A DNA stretch of 64,000 bases from an uncultured cyanobacterium (GCA_963710605.1 CAVQBA010000007.1:128001-192000); one strand, 5' to 3'. Shown: positions 32,832 to 43,795, counted from the first letter of the stretch. Notes: generated by a model not told the origin, from the sequence alone. Numbers and translations: made by a program.

Positions 32832-32859
32832 GTAGGGTTGAACGGTTTTCGACTCCTAC
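32832..32859. repeat. GTAG-type REP-like palindrome
   Basis: GTAGGGTTGAACGGTTTTCGACTCCTAC. Confidence 0.55.
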
Positions 32860-32914
32860 GGATGAAAACGATCGAATTATTAATTATTAATTATTAATTA
32901 TCAATTATTAAACC

Positions 32915-34192
32915 ATGTCTGAACTAACTAAGATTGCTCAAAATACCCAAATAGCTTCAATTCAATTAGCAATTTCTACGGCCCAAGAGCGAAACCAAGC
33001 CCTAGAAGCGATCGCATCTGCCTTAGAAAAGCAACAAGCAGAAATTATTACAGCTAACGAAAAAGATTGTAATCAGGCTAAGGATGTGATTCCTTCGGCT
33101 TTATATGCTCGTTTAAAATTAGGTGAATCTAAATTACAAGGTAGTATCAAAGGTATTCGAGATTTAATTAATTTACCTAATCCCATCGGTACACTTTCGA
33201 TGAATAGGGAGTTAGATGACGGGTTGGTATTACAACGGATTAGTTGTCCTGTTGGGGTCTTAGGCGTTATTTTTGAAGCTCGTCCTGATGCTTTGATCCA
33301 AATCGTTAGTTTGGCGATAAAATCAGGTAATGGAGTGATTTTAAAGGGCGGAAAGGAAGCTTTAAATACTTGTTCGACTTTAATCAAAATTATTCACAAC
33401 AGTCTTCGATCGACGAAAGTTAGTTCAGATTGCGTACAATTATTGACTACTAGAGAAGAAATTAAAGAATTACTTGCTTTAGATAAATATGTTGATTTGA
33501 TTATACCCCGTGGTTCTAATGAATTTGTTCGTTATGTGCAAGATAATACCAGAATTCCTGTTTTAGGTCATGCTGATGGTATTTGTCATCTATACATCGA
33601 TCGATTTGCTAATTTAGAGCAAGCGGTTAAAATTACTGTCGATTCTAAAACACAATATCCAGCCGCCTGTAATGCGATCGAAACTCTTCTAATTCATAAA
33701 ACGATCGCTTCTGAGTTTTTACCAGCAATTGCCGAAGCTTTAGAAGAAAAAGGAGTTAAGTTGAAAGGAGATAGTCTTACTCAACAAATTATCCCTTGTC
33801 AAAATGCCACCGATGAAGATTGGCAAACTGAATATAGTGATTTAATTTTAGCAATTAAAGTAGTTGATGATATGACACAAGCGATGGCTCATATTAATCA
33901 ATATAGCTCTAAACATACAGAAGCGATCGTGACTGATAATAAAGATAACGCCGAAAAATTCCTCGCACAAGTTGATTCAGCGGGAGTGTATCATAATTGC
34001 TCAACTCGTTTTGCTGATGGTTTCCGTTATGGTTTTGGAGCAGAAGTAGGTATTAGTACTCAAAAAATGCCCCCAAGAGGTCCAGTTGGTTTAGAAGGTT
34101 TAGTTACTTACAAATATAAAATTAGAGGTGAAGGACAAATCGTTAGTGAATATGGTAATGGTGGTAAAGAATTTACCCATCGGGATATTTAA
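32915..34192 (+). CDS. proA: gamma-glutamyl phosphate reductase
   Basis: [36 protein letters not shown] and RGPVGLEGL motifs. Confidence 0.97.
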   Translation: MSELTKIAQNTQIASIQLAISTAQERNQALEAIASALEKQQAEIITANEKDCNQAKDVIPSALYARLKLGESKLQGSIKGIRDLINLPNPIGTLSMNRELDDGLVLQRISCPVGVLGVIFEARPDALIQIVSLAIKSGNGVILKGGKEALNTCSTLIKIIHNSLRSTKVSSDCVQLLTTREEIKELLALDKYVDLIIPRGSNEFVRYVQDNTRIPVLGHADGICHLYIDRFANLEQAVKITVDSKTQYPAACNAIETLLIHKTIASEFLPAIAEALEEKGVKLKGDSLTQQIIPCQNATDEDWQTEYSDLILAIKVVDDMTQAMAHINQYSSKHTEAIVTDNKDNAEKFLAQVDSAGVYHNCSTRFADGFRYGFGAEVGISTQKMPPRGPVGLEGLVTYKYKIRGEGQIVSEYGNGGKEFTHRDI

Positions 34193-34307
34193 ATAATCAA
34201 TCAATAATTAATAAGGGTTTTTTTTGCGTATAAATAAAATACCGTTCAAATGCGTTTTTTCAAACTATAACTCATACGATTAAGTATATCTCCAATAGTT
34301 TGACGGC

Positions 34308-34449
34308 TATAGCAGTAAACTAGTTAATTACGACAAATATTGTGAATCGAAATTTTTGATTTAAAATCCATATTTCTCTGCGTTCTCTGCGTTCTCTGCG
34401 GTTGTATAATTACTCAATAAATGTCCTAATCAAATCGTTTTTTGCTATA
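34308..34449. mobile_element. MITE-like element, TATAGC-N14-TTA(C/G)GAC ends, internal TTCTCTGCG x3
   Basis: Left TATAGCagtaaactagttaaTTACGAC; right (reverse complement) TATAGCaaaaaacgatttgaTTAGGAC. Confidence 0.72.
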
Positions 34450-34455
34450 CAATAA

Positions 34456-35397
34456 TTATTTGTTTTTATCGAGATTAACTCGTATTTTGTAAATAGAAGT
34501 ACGAGCGGTAATATATAAAGTTTTATCGTCTTCATCACCCCAAGCACAGTTAGCGGCTATTTCTGGCGTGACGATTGTGCCTAAATGATTTCCATCTGAA
34601 TCTAATACCCAGATTCCTCCTGCGGCTGTACAATAAAGATTATCTTCAATATCGACTACCATACCATCAGGACAACCCGGTCGATCGATTTTAAGATCGT
34701 GAAATATCCGACTATTTGTAAGTGTACCATCGTCATTGACATCAAAAACTCGAACATGATGCCGAGTCGAGTCATCAATATACAATTTTTTTTCATCTAC
34801 TGAGAAAGCCAAACCATTAGGGCGATCGAAATCATCAGCAACTAAGACTAATTCTTTTGTCTGGGGATGATAGCAATAAACACCATTGACTGGTTGTTCT
34901 TGTTCTTCTGGTTTGATACCATAAGGAGGATCAGTAAAATAAATTAAACCGTCACTTCTAACTACAACATCATTAGGACTATTTAATTTTTTCCCTTCAA
35001 ATTGATCAACTAAAATAACGATCGAAGCATCTTTTTTGACAATACTAACTCGTCTAGTTTGATGTTCACAAATAATCAGTCTTCCTTGATTATCTCTAGT
35101 TAAACCATTAGATTTATTACTGGGTTTTTGATATATTTTAAATTTACCATTTTTTTTCAACCGATAAATTTTATTAGCCGGTATATCACTAAACAAAAGA
35201 TAGTTTCGCTCACTAAACCAAACTGGTCCTTCAGTAAATTCAAAACCACTTGCAACACGTTTTATCTTAGTTTTTGGCGGAAATAATCGATCGAACTCTG
35301 GTGACTTTGTTTCTAAATAACCTTGCTTTAATTTTAAACTTATTTTTGATGTTCGATCTTTAATAAATGCTTGAATTTTTTGTTTTAAAGATAACAT
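34456..35397 (-). CDS. SMP-30/gluconolactonase/LRE family protein
   Basis: FTEGPVW, FSDIP, NSPND, FTDPPYG, PNGLAFS and PDG motifs. Confidence 0.93.
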   Translation of the reverse strand: MLSLKQKIQAFIKDRTSKISLKLKQGYLETKSPEFDRLFPPKTKIKRVASGFEFTEGPVWFSERNYLLFSDIPANKIYRLKKNGKFKIYQKPSNKSNGLTRDNQGRLIICEHQTRRVSIVKKDASIVILVDQFEGKKLNSPNDVVVRSDGLIYFTDPPYGIKPEEQEQPVNGVYCYHPQTKELVLVADDFDRPNGLAFSVDEKKLYIDDSTRHHVRVFDVNDDGTLTNSRIFHDLKIDRPGCPDGMVVDIEDNLYCTAAGGIWVLDSDGNHLGTIVTPEIAANCAWGDEDDKTLYITARTSIYKIRVNLDKNK

Positions 35398-35402
35398 TTT
35401 AG

Positions 35403-35864
35403 CTAAAAACTTTGGTCAATACGATAATTATATAATGGTAATCCCGCATTAATATTAAGCGTAATTCCAGTAGTAAACCGAGAAAAATAATCAGATGCGA
35501 GATAAACTACTCTTTTACCAATATAATCGGGATCGATCGTACTTTTTCCTAAAAGGTTGTGTTTAAAATATTTAATCTTATCATCTTCATCGGTATTAAC
35601 TACACCTGAGGCTATTCCATTCACTCTAATTTGATAAGAAGCAAAATCCACGGCTAACTCTTTAATTATCATTTTCAATGCCGCCTTAGATGCACTATAA
35701 GCCATTTCTCGAAAAATCATTGATTGATATACAGAAGTTGTAAAAATAATTGAGCCTTGAATATTACGATCGATCATAATTTTACTAATCTTTTTAGTCA
35801 ACAGAATCGGGGCAAAAATATTAGTAGTTAGCAAGAGCTTTGACAAGTCTAACTTAAGTACCAC
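35403..35864 (-). pseudogene. SDR oxidoreductase lacking the N-terminal Rossmann motif (probable fragment)
   Basis: YSASK catalytic motif and IRVNGIA.G present; no TGxxxGIG; only 153 aa. Confidence 0.7.
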
Positions 35865-36212
35865 CTATTGAACAAATGCAAGTTGATGTAGTCAGTGATG
35901 GTGGTATAAGCGAATAAACCAGACAAAAAATAGAATCTATAGTTAAACAACTAGGAAACGATCGAGTAACATATTATCCTCATTCAGAAAATATTGATCA
36001 TCCTCATATATTTAATTTATGTATCGACAGCTTTCTACAGATAATTGTATTTTAATAGTTTTGTCTTTTAGTTTTTTAGCTTTATTTATCTATATTAATA
36101 TTTCGATCGCTTTTGATAAATATATTAATATAATTTCTTTTAATCTCTTAGAGTCTTTAATTTGTTATAAAATCAATAAGTTTGCTATGGGTAAAAGAAA
36201 ACAAATTTATTT

Positions 36213-37343
36213 ATGCGTATATTTATTAGTACAGGAGAAGTATCAGGAGATTTGCAAGGTGGTTTATTAGTTACTGCTCTTTTTCGACAAGCTGAAAAAT
36301 TAGGTATCAAGCTAGAGATTGAAGGTTTAGGTGGACAAAAAATGCTCACCGCAGGAGCAAATATTATTACCGATACTAGTGCAATTGGTTCAGTTGGTTT
36401 ATGGGAAACTGTCCCTTTTTTATTACCTACTTTTAAATTACAAAAAAAAGCGATCGATTATCTAGCCACAAATTTACCTGATTTAATTATTCTAATCGAT
36501 TACGTAGGACCTAATTTAACGATTGCTACCGCCCTAAAGAAAAAATTTCCGCAAATACCCATCATTTGGTACATAGGGCCACAATTTTGGGTTTGGACTC
36601 CTTTAGGACAAGATTTAAAACAATTACTTAAAGTTACTGACAAACTACTAGCAATTTTTCCTCAAGAAGCAAAATTTTATCAAGAAAAAGGATTAGATAC
36701 TACGTATGTCGGACATCCTTTAATCGATCGAATTAAACAAGCACCAGACAGAGAATCAGCCAGAACAAAACTCGGTATCAAACCAGACGAAACACTTATT
36801 GCTTTATTACCGGCTTCTCGTAAACAAGAATTAAAATATCTTCTACCTGTAATGTGTGCTTCAGCGGTCAAAATAAAAAAACAGTTACCTAATAGTAAAT
36901 TTTATTTACCTATTTCCTTACCTCAATATCGAGAAACGATCGAAAATACGATCGCTCAATACGATTTAGAAGTTAACTTATTTAGTGGTGAAACTTTAGA
37001 TGTTTTAGCAGGTGCAGACTTAGCCATCACCAAGTCAGGTACAGTAAATTTGGAGTTAGCATTACTGAAAATACCTCAAGTCGTGATTTATAAAGTCAAT
37101 CCTTTTACTATCTGGATAGCACGTAAAATTTTACGTTTTGAGATACCCTTTATGTCTCCTACTAACCTCGTGCCGATGCGAGAAATTGTGCCTGAATTAT
37201 TACAAGAAAAAGCTAGTCAAGAAAATATTGTCAATTTGTCATTAGATTTGTTATCCAACCCCATTACCCAACAACAATTACAAACTGATTATCAAGAATT
37301 AATTGATACTTTAGCTCAAGATACCGACTCAATTTGCGATTGA
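36213..37343 (+). CDS. lpxB: lipid-A-disaccharide synthase (last ~13 codons cut off by TGA, possibly an error)
   Basis: STGEVSGDLQG, YVGHP, LLPASR.QE and KSGTVNLE; frame continues VAQEIL after the stop. Confidence 0.93.
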   Translation: MRIFISTGEVSGDLQGGLLVTALFRQAEKLGIKLEIEGLGGQKMLTAGANIITDTSAIGSVGLWETVPFLLPTFKLQKKAIDYLATNLPDLIILIDYVGPNLTIATALKKKFPQIPIIWYIGPQFWVWTPLGQDLKQLLKVTDKLLAIFPQEAKFYQEKGLDTTYVGHPLIDRIKQAPDRESARTKLGIKPDETLIALLPASRKQELKYLLPVMCASAVKIKKQLPNSKFYLPISLPQYRETIENTIAQYDLEVNLFSGETLDVLAGADLAITKSGTVNLELALLKIPQVVIYKVNPFTIWIARKILRFEIPFMSPTNLVPMREIVPELLQEKASQENIVNLSLDLLSNPITQQQLQTDYQELIDTLAQDTDSICD

Positions 37344-37542
37344 GTTGCCCAAGAAATACTAAAAACAATGAACGATGAACGATGAACAATGAACAATGAA
37401 CAGATAATAGATAACAATAGAATTAATACTTTTTACTTTCATCTTCTTAATCCCTAATCTCTATTAACTATCAACTATTTACGTTATATCATAAACAGTA
37501 AGTACGAAGAACACGATCGATAACCGAAAAAAAATAAAATTA

Positions 37543-38455
37543 ATGAGAGAAAAAATTACCATCCTCAAAAAAAATCTTGCCCGTACAATAGTGGGTAAAG
37601 ACGAAGCAATTAAACTAGTTATCGTTGCCTTATTAAGTGGTGGTCATGCTTTGCTCGAAGATGTACCGGGGGTAGGAAAAACTTTGTTAGCTAAATCATT
37701 AGCACGCTCGATTAACGGTAAATTTCAACGAATACAATGTACTCCAGATTTGTTACCTAGTGATGTTACAGGTACTAATATTTGGAATCCTAACAGCAGA
37801 GAATTTGAATTTTTATCAGGACCGACTTTTACCAATATACTCTTAGCTGATGAAATTAACAGAGCGACTCCTCGTACTCAATCAGCTTTACTTGAAGTAA
37901 TGGAAGAAAAACAAATCACGATTGATGGTGTAGCCCGTTTAGTGCCATCACCGTTTTTTGTGATTGCGACTCAAAACCCCGTCGAATATCAAGGTACATT
38001 TCCTTTACCTGAAGCTCAAATGGATTCGTTTTTCTGTTTGTCTGAGTTTGGGTTATCCTAGCCAGCAAGAAGAGTTACAAATGCTAGAAAACCAATTCAA
38101 TCCCACTCCTTTAAGCCAAGTTGAGCCTTGTATTAGTTTAGAAGATATTCAAGCTTTACAAAAGCAAATAACTCAAGTGAAAGTAGCTAAAGAAATTCAA
38201 AGATATATTGTTAATTTAGTTAGTGCTTCTCGCTCCTCCGAACATTTGAGTTTAGGTGTTAGCCCTCGTGGTACAGTTGCTTTACAAAAAGCGGCTCAAG
38301 CATTAGCTTTTATCGAAGAAAGAGATTATGTTATTCCTGATGACCTCAAATTTATTGCTTCTGCGGTACTTGCTCATCGTGTAATTCCAAATGGTGGCAC
38401 AAATACTAAAGTAGTTATCGATCGTCTTTTAGATACAGTTGCCATTGAAGCCTAA
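37543..38455 (+). pseudogene. MoxR-family AAA+ ATPase split by a +1 frameshift (possibly a sequencing error)
   Basis: [19 protein letters not shown]; removing one T at 38025/38026 restores PEAQMDRF and fuses both ORFs. Confidence 0.85.
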
Positions 38456-38510
38456 TAATCATCGAGTGCCGTTAGCAACTATTAACTATCAAATTAGTAA
38501 CTTTTAAAAA

Positions 38511-39023
38511 ATGTTATCAAAAATGACCAAAAAACGTTTATCGTCGCTTATCTTAATATTTCTAGTAGGCTGTAGCGTTATTTTAGGGTGGGGTGTAGCT
38601 CATAGTATTGAATCCACACAGATTGCTTTAAATACAAAATCAGTAGATAAAGCAACAGGTAATTTTGTGATTGGCAAAAATTTATATTTAGAAAATTGTG
38701 CAACTTGTCATATACCTATTCCACCTGCGGTATTACCTGAGCAAACATGGGAAGAAATTTTAGAAAATCCAGGTAATCATTACGGTGTCAGAATAGAGAA
38801 TTTGATCAGTTTCAATCAAAATATAATTTGGCAATATCTACGACGATATTCTCGATCGTTACTTAAAGAAGAAGCTACACCAACTTATATCGCTGAATCT
38901 CGTTACTTTTTTGCCTTGCACCCTGATGTTGAATTTTCTGCCCCCATAACTCATACTAGTTGTTTAGATTGCCATTCTCAAGCCCGTAACTACAATTATC
39001 GTGTTGAATACGAACTAGAGTAA
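38511..39023 (+). CDS. dihaem cytochrome c family protein
   Basis: N-terminal TM/signal; CATCH and CLDCH haem motifs; W..IL...HYG. Confidence 0.85.
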   Translation: MLSKMTKKRLSSLILIFLVGCSVILGWGVAHSIESTQIALNTKSVDKATGNFVIGKNLYLENCATCHIPIPPAVLPEQTWEEILENPGNHYGVRIENLISFNQNIIWQYLRRYSRSLLKEEATPTYIAESRYFFALHPDVEFSAPITHTSCLDCHSQARNYNYRVEYELE

Positions 39024-39055
39024 AGGGCACTCGTGCAAAGATGATCGAAGTATTC

Positions 39056-40126
39056 TCAATTATTACCGTATGCTTGTTGATAATATTTTTGATATTCTTC
39101 TGAGAGTAAAGGTTGCCACCATTGAGGATTATCGATATACCATTGAATCGTACTTCTTAAACCTGATTCTACTGTTGCTGATGGTTGCCAGCCTAATTCA
39201 TTTTTGAGTTTGCTACTATCTATAGCATATCTTCGATCGTGTCCTGCTCTATCTTTGACAAAGGTAATTAATTCATTAGATGGTTTGACTGGTAAATCGG
39301 TGGCAATTTCATCCATTATTTGACAAATCAATTTAACTAAATCGATATTTTTAACTTCGTTGTTGCCACCAATATTATAAGTTTCCCCTGTTTTTCCGCC
39401 GTTTAAAACAGCTTCTAAGGCACTACAATGATCTTTAACATAAAGCCAATCACGAATATTTTGCCCATCTCCATAGACAGGTAGAGGCTTACCCAACATA
39501 ATATTAATACACATCAAAGGGATTAATTTTTCAGGGTAATGTAATGGACCATAATTATTAGAACAATTAGTAATTATGGTTGGTAAATTGTAGGTATGAT
39601 AATAGGCACGAGCTAAATGATCGCTTCCTGCTTTTGAAGCTGAATAAGGGCTATTGGGAGTATAAGCTGTTGTTTCGGTGAATGCGGGATCGTCTTTTTC
39701 TAAGCTACCATAGACTTCATCTGTAGATACGTGGAGAAAACGATAGTCTTCTGGTTGATTATTATCCTGCCAATAATGACGGAAACTTTCGAGTAAGGTA
39801 AAAGTACCGATTACATTTGTTTGAATGAAGGCTTCAGGGCCTAGTATAGATCTATCTACATGAGATTCGGCGGCAAAGTGCGCAATCTGGGTAATAGCTT
39901 CTATCGCTAAAACTTGATCGACTAAAGTACGATCGCAAATATCACCATGAACAAAAACAAAATTAGGATTATTTTCTAATTTACTCAAATTTTGACGATT
40001 GCCGGCATAAGTAAGTGCATCTAAGACAACTATTTTGTCTTCTGAATGTTGCTCAGCCCAATAATTAACAAAATTAGAACCAATAAAACCTGCACCGCCT
40101 GTAACTAAAAGATGTTTTTTACTCAT
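39056..40126 (-). CDS. rfbB: dTDP-glucose 4,6-dehydratase
   Basis: GGAGFIG, FAAESHVDRS, STDEVYG, YSASK and SNNYGP motifs. Confidence 0.97.
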   Translation of the reverse strand: MSKKHLLVTGGAGFIGSNFVNYWAEQHSEDKIVVLDALTYAGNRQNLSKLENNPNFVFVHGDICDRTLVDQVLAIEAITQIAHFAAESHVDRSILGPEAFIQTNVIGTFTLLESFRHYWQDNNQPEDYRFLHVSTDEVYGSLEKDDPAFTETTAYTPNSPYSASKAGSDHLARAYYHTYNLPTIITNCSNNYGPLHYPEKLIPLMCINIMLGKPLPVYGDGQNIRDWLYVKDHCSALEAVLNGGKTGETYNIGGNNEVKNIDLVKLICQIMDEIATDLPVKPSNELITFVKDRAGHDRRYAIDSSKLKNELGWQPSATVESGLRSTIQWYIDNPQWWQPLLSEEYQKYYQQAYGNN

Positions 40127-40131
40127 TATAA
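39917..40131. repeat. 215-bp identical direct repeat (copy 1; rfbB 5' end)
   Basis: Identical by eye to 46863-47077; diverged homology extends ~60 bp on each side. Confidence 0.92.
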
Positions 40132-40208
40132 CTATTAAAAATACCTAACCGAAAAATCAAAATTGTTTTTTGTTGCATCCATAGTGTATCATCTCTTTTA
40201 AAATTATT

Positions 40209-40735
40209 GTAACTACCGAGGTAGCCGATAAGTGAAGTATTAGTAACAAAAAAATGATAAAATTATTTTTGTTATGGCAAATAAACAAAATCCCAAAATA
40301 GTCGCCCTAGAAAAAGAAAATCAGGCACTCAAAAAACAAGTTGAGCTTTTACGCGAAAAAATAGCTCAACTGGAAAAACGTTTGGGTTTAAATAGCCAAA
40401 ATAGTTCTAAGCCTCCATCAAGTGATGGATTACACAAACCTCAACGAACTCAAAGTTTGAGAATATCTACTGGAAACAAAAGTGGTGGTCAATTAGGACA
40501 CAAGGGTCATACCCTTAATCAAGTATTAAACCCAGACAAGATTATAAAACATTTGCCGCCCCAGTTTTGCCCTCAATGTGGTTGTGGTGTTCAATCTCAA
40601 AAAGTAATTTCGGTTCAGAAAAGGCAAGTATTTGAGATTCCAAAACCGACCATGGAAGTAACAGAACATCAAGTATTGGTAAAACAATGTTCTCACTGTC
40701 AAAGCAAAATCAAAGGTCAATTTCCTCAAAGGTCG
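40209..40735 (+). mobile_element. IS66-family element, left end plus truncated transposase (ORF 40274-40789)
   Basis: Starts GTAACTACC; coiled coil, NSQNSSKPPSSD, GGQLGHKG, CPQCG, RQVFEIP, C..C; DDE domain missing. Confidence 0.88.
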
Positions 40736-40764
40736 ATCGAGATTGACTCATCAATAATTAAATC

Positions 40765-40824
40765 AACTTATTATAATAAGTTAGGATAACCTCTATTAAG
40801 ACCACTTGTTATAATAAGTTAGGA
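40765..40824. repeat. pair of 18-bp palindromes
   Basis: AACTTATTATAATAAGTT (perfect) and CACTTGTTATAATAAGTT, both followed by AGGA. Confidence 0.8.
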
Positions 40825-41188
40825 GCAACTCCAAGAATCTTTAGAATTAACCTCAGTTCGATTTATCAATTATCAATTGTCAATTTTTCAACCCGAAAAA
40901 TGCCACAACTTAAATAAGATTACTATACTTACTCATCCAAGTCGGAAAGGTAGGTATTTTTTGTTTTTATTATTGTCTCGCAAAAAGAGACAATATGTCT
41001 TCAAGATAGATAATTGTCTTTTTTAAAAAAATAATAAATAATATAATTAATTACTTAGTATTGTTTTGAACAAGGAGATTTAAATGATGATAGCTATCGA
41101 TGTAACTTGTTTTTTCTTAATTTTGTTTTCGATCGATCAAAACGATCGCTTATTCGGTATTGCATTTTTTCAAATAGGCTAATCGATT

Positions 41189-41797
41189 ATGAATTTTTTA
41201 ATACCCGATCGTCTTCCTCCAGAATTAAAAAAAGAAGCAAGATACCGAAAACTGCTTCCCGAACAAATCTTATTTCACTGTCGGGATACAGCAGAATATA
41301 TCTTTGCTCTTGAGCAAGGACGGATTAAATTACTAAGATATACTTGCGAAGGAAATCTGGTTATTTTTCGCATCGTTAGAGCTGGTGAAAGTTTTGCCGA
41401 ATCTACTCTTTTTACAGAAAAATATCTATGTAATGCTGTTGTCGAAAAACCTTCGACAATTATTTATTATCCTAAAAATGTTGTTCGTCAAGCTCTACAG
41501 GCAAAACCTAGTCTGGCTTTAAGTTTATTACCATTACTAGCTAGTAAGAATCAAGCTCTCAAAAATCTGATTGAATTACGCAGTATTCGCTCTGCAAACG
41601 ATCGTATTTTACAGTATCTATTTTTTTCAGTTACTTCAGGACAAAATCATATCATTTTCGATCGATCGTACAAAGATATTGCACTCGAATTAGGTTTGAG
41701 TGCAGAAGTCTTATACCGTAGTCTTGCTAAATTAGAACGTTCTGGTGCTATTAGCCGTCAAGGAAAAGAAATAAAACTTTTGATTTCTCAAACATGA
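41189..41797 (+). CDS. Crp/Fnr-family transcriptional regulator
   Basis: cNMP-like domain (G.IKL.R, GESFAE) plus C-terminal HTH (IALELGLSAEVLYRSL). Confidence 0.92.
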   Translation: MNFLIPDRLPPELKKEARYRKLLPEQILFHCRDTAEYIFALEQGRIKLLRYTCEGNLVIFRIVRAGESFAESTLFTEKYLCNAVVEKPSTIIYYPKNVVRQALQAKPSLALSLLPLLASKNQALKNLIELRSIRSANDRILQYLFFSVTSGQNHIIFDRSYKDIALELGLSAEVLYRSLAKLERSGAISRQGKEIKLLISQT

Positions 41798-41836
41798 TTT
41801 GAATCATATACTCAGCACTTGAAAAAGATATATATT
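41794..41836 (+). promoter_or_regulatory. Fnr-like box and putative -10 element upstream of the ycaC-like gene
   Basis: ATGAT-TTGA-ATCAT palindrome, with TATATT 23 bp downstream. Confidence 0.5.
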
Positions 41837-41953
41837 GTTGTGGATCGACTTCACAACTTTAGGAATAAATTAACTCGATCGAATCTCAACAAAAATTTAT
41901 TACTAATACGAATAACCAAGACAGTATCAACAATTTAATCAGGAGCAAATATT

Positions 41954-42580
41954 ATGACCGACTCTTTTAAATACAAACGTCTTAATAAAGATGATGCCCT
42001 TGTTTTACTAATCGATCATCAAGCAGGTCTAATTTCCCTAGTACAAGATTATTCTCCGAACGAATTTAAAAATAATGTTTTAGCTTTGGCAGAATCAGCT
42101 AAATTTTTCAAGCTTCCTACAATCTTAACTACCAGTTTTGAAAATGGACCAAATGGACCATTAGTACCCGAACTCAGAGAATTTCATCCCGATGCACCTT
42201 ATATTGCTCGCCCAGGTCAAATTAACGCTTGGGATAACGAAGACTTTGTCAAAGCGATCAAAGATACTGGTCGTAAACAACTGATTATGGCGGGAGTGGT
42301 AACTGATGTTTGCGTTGCTTTTCCTGCTTTGAGTGCAATTGAAGAAGGTTTTGAGGTATTTGCCGTAGTAGATGCTTCTGGTACTTTCAATAAAGATGTT
42401 CGAGATGCTGCCATCTTGAGAATGCAAGGGGCAGGAGTACAAATGATGAACTGGTTTAGTGTTGCCTGCGAACTTCATCGTGATTGGCGTAACGACATAG
42501 AAGGTTTGGGTGCTTTACTTTCTAAATATATTCCTAACTATCGTAATTTGATGACTAGCTATTTTACGACTGAGAAATAA
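41954..42580 (+). CDS. ycaC: YcaC-like isochorismatase-family cysteine hydrolase
   Basis: IDHQ.GL, TTSFE.GPNGP, RPGQINAWDN, GVVTDVC and ELHRDWR motifs; AGGAG RBS. Confidence 0.9.
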   Translation: MTDSFKYKRLNKDDALVLLIDHQAGLISLVQDYSPNEFKNNVLALAESAKFFKLPTILTTSFENGPNGPLVPELREFHPDAPYIARPGQINAWDNEDFVKAIKDTGRKQLIMAGVVTDVCVAFPALSAIEEGFEVFAVVDASGTFNKDVRDAAILRMQGAGVQMMNWFSVACELHRDWRNDIEGLGALLSKYIPNYRNLMTSYFTTEK

Positions 42581-42633
42581 ATATATCTTTTAACAACAAC
42601 AATAGTTTCACTATAAAACCGATCGTGATTGAC

Positions 42634-42665
42634 GTAAAGACGTTATATCGTAAAAACGTCTCTAC
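42634..42665. repeat. GTAG-type REP-like palindrome
   Basis: GTAAAGACGTT...AACGTCTCTAC. Confidence 0.6.
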
Positions 42666-42698
42666 CGAATTATGTTCAAACTAGTACAAAAATATCTA

Positions 42699-43333
42699 AA
42701 AACGTTATGGTGCTGATACCGCCGAGCAGACTCCTCCAATCAAAAAAATGATGGCGATGGGTGTCCCAGTTTCTGGCGGTACAGATGGCACGAGAGTGGC
42801 TAGTTATAATCCTTGGGTAGGCTTATACTGGTTAGTTTCAGGGAAAACTGTTGGCGGAACAACTATTTATTCTGAAGCTAATCGTCTCGAGCGGATGGAA
42901 GCTTTAAGATTATATACGACTGCCGTAGCGAGTGTTTTCTAATCAAGAGGGTAATAAAGGATCGATCGTACCAGGGCAATTAGCAGATTTAGCGGTATTA
43001 TCCGAAGACTTCTTTTCTATTCCCGAAGAGAGAATCAAACATTTGGAATCGGTTTTAACGATCGTTGATGGCAAACCTGTTTATGCGAAGGCTGAATTTA
43101 GCAATTTATCACCACCAGCAATTCCTGTTAGTCCTAATTGGTCGCCTGTTAAATATTTTGGAGGCTATCACAACGAATCTAAAATTAGTTTATCACGATT
43201 GAATAATTTCAGTTCCACATATCCTTTAGAGAATAACTTCCATCAAAGACAAAATATCAATTTATCATCTGCGAGTCTGAAAGGTAATTTAGCTCAGTTT
43301 TGGGGCGGGTTGGCTTGTGCTTGTTGTTATTAG
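42699..43333 (+). pseudogene. YtcJ-like amidohydrolase 3' remnant (5' deleted, frameshifted)
   Basis: RYG...EQTPP, GTDGTRVASYNPW, KGSI.PGQLADLAVL, PVSP.WSPV and terminal FWGGL.CAC; frameshift near 42920-42940. Confidence 0.85.
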
Positions 43334-43372
43334 TTTAGACTGTTGAAGTATTTATAATATCAATTATATCTT

Positions 43373-43413
43373 TACTTGTTATGACAAGTTTACGTAAGTT
43401 GTTATAACAAGTT
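43373..43413. repeat. second pair of 18-bp palindromes
   Basis: TACTTGTTATGACAAGTT and AAGTTGTTATAACAAGTT. Confidence 0.75.
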
Positions 43414-43452
43414 CGCATAAATAGTTATAAATAAACAAAAGCTAGTAACTTC

Positions 43453-43773
43453 TTAGTTATCAAATCGATAAATAACATTACTTAAATTTTCAACTTGATT
43501 ATTTTTGATAACGATACCTTCTTTTTCTAATAAGTCTTGTTTTCGGGTTTTTCCTAATCTATAGTTACCAATTTCACCATTACTTTTGACTACTCTATGA
43601 CAGGGAATTACAATTGGTTGGGTATTCTTAGCCATGGCATTTCCTACCGCTCTGTATGCCTTTGTATTTAAAGCAGTGGCAATTTCTTTGTAAGTAGTAA
43701 CTTTACCCGAAGGAATTTGTTGTAAAAGTTGGTAGCATCGATCGTTAAAACTAAGATTTGTATTTTCCATCAA
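43453..43773 (-). CDS. MGMT family (O6-alkylguanine DNA alkyltransferase) protein
   Basis: IP.GKVTTY, RAVGNA and PCHRVV motifs. Confidence 0.92.
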   Translation of the reverse strand: MMENTNLSFNDRCYQLLQQIPSGKVTTYKEIATALNTKAYRAVGNAMAKNTQPIVIPCHRVVKSNGEIGNYRLGKTRKQDLLEKEGIVIKNNQVENLSNVIYRFDN

Positions 43774-43795
43774 TTTTCGATACTCTTTTTTTATC

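Noticed and set aside
37543-38455. MoxR as the partner of the VWA protein at 3400
   Set aside because: 33 kb away and looks like the common MoxR-proper type; no evidence of linkage
40765-40824. Two direct repeats 38 bp apart as a mini-CRISPR
   Set aside because: Only two ~21-bp units with a ~17-bp spacer; better described as palindromic sites
43410-43437. AGTTCGCATAA resembles a XerC arm of a dif site
   Set aside because: No XerD-like TTATGTTAAAT arm at 6-bp spacing
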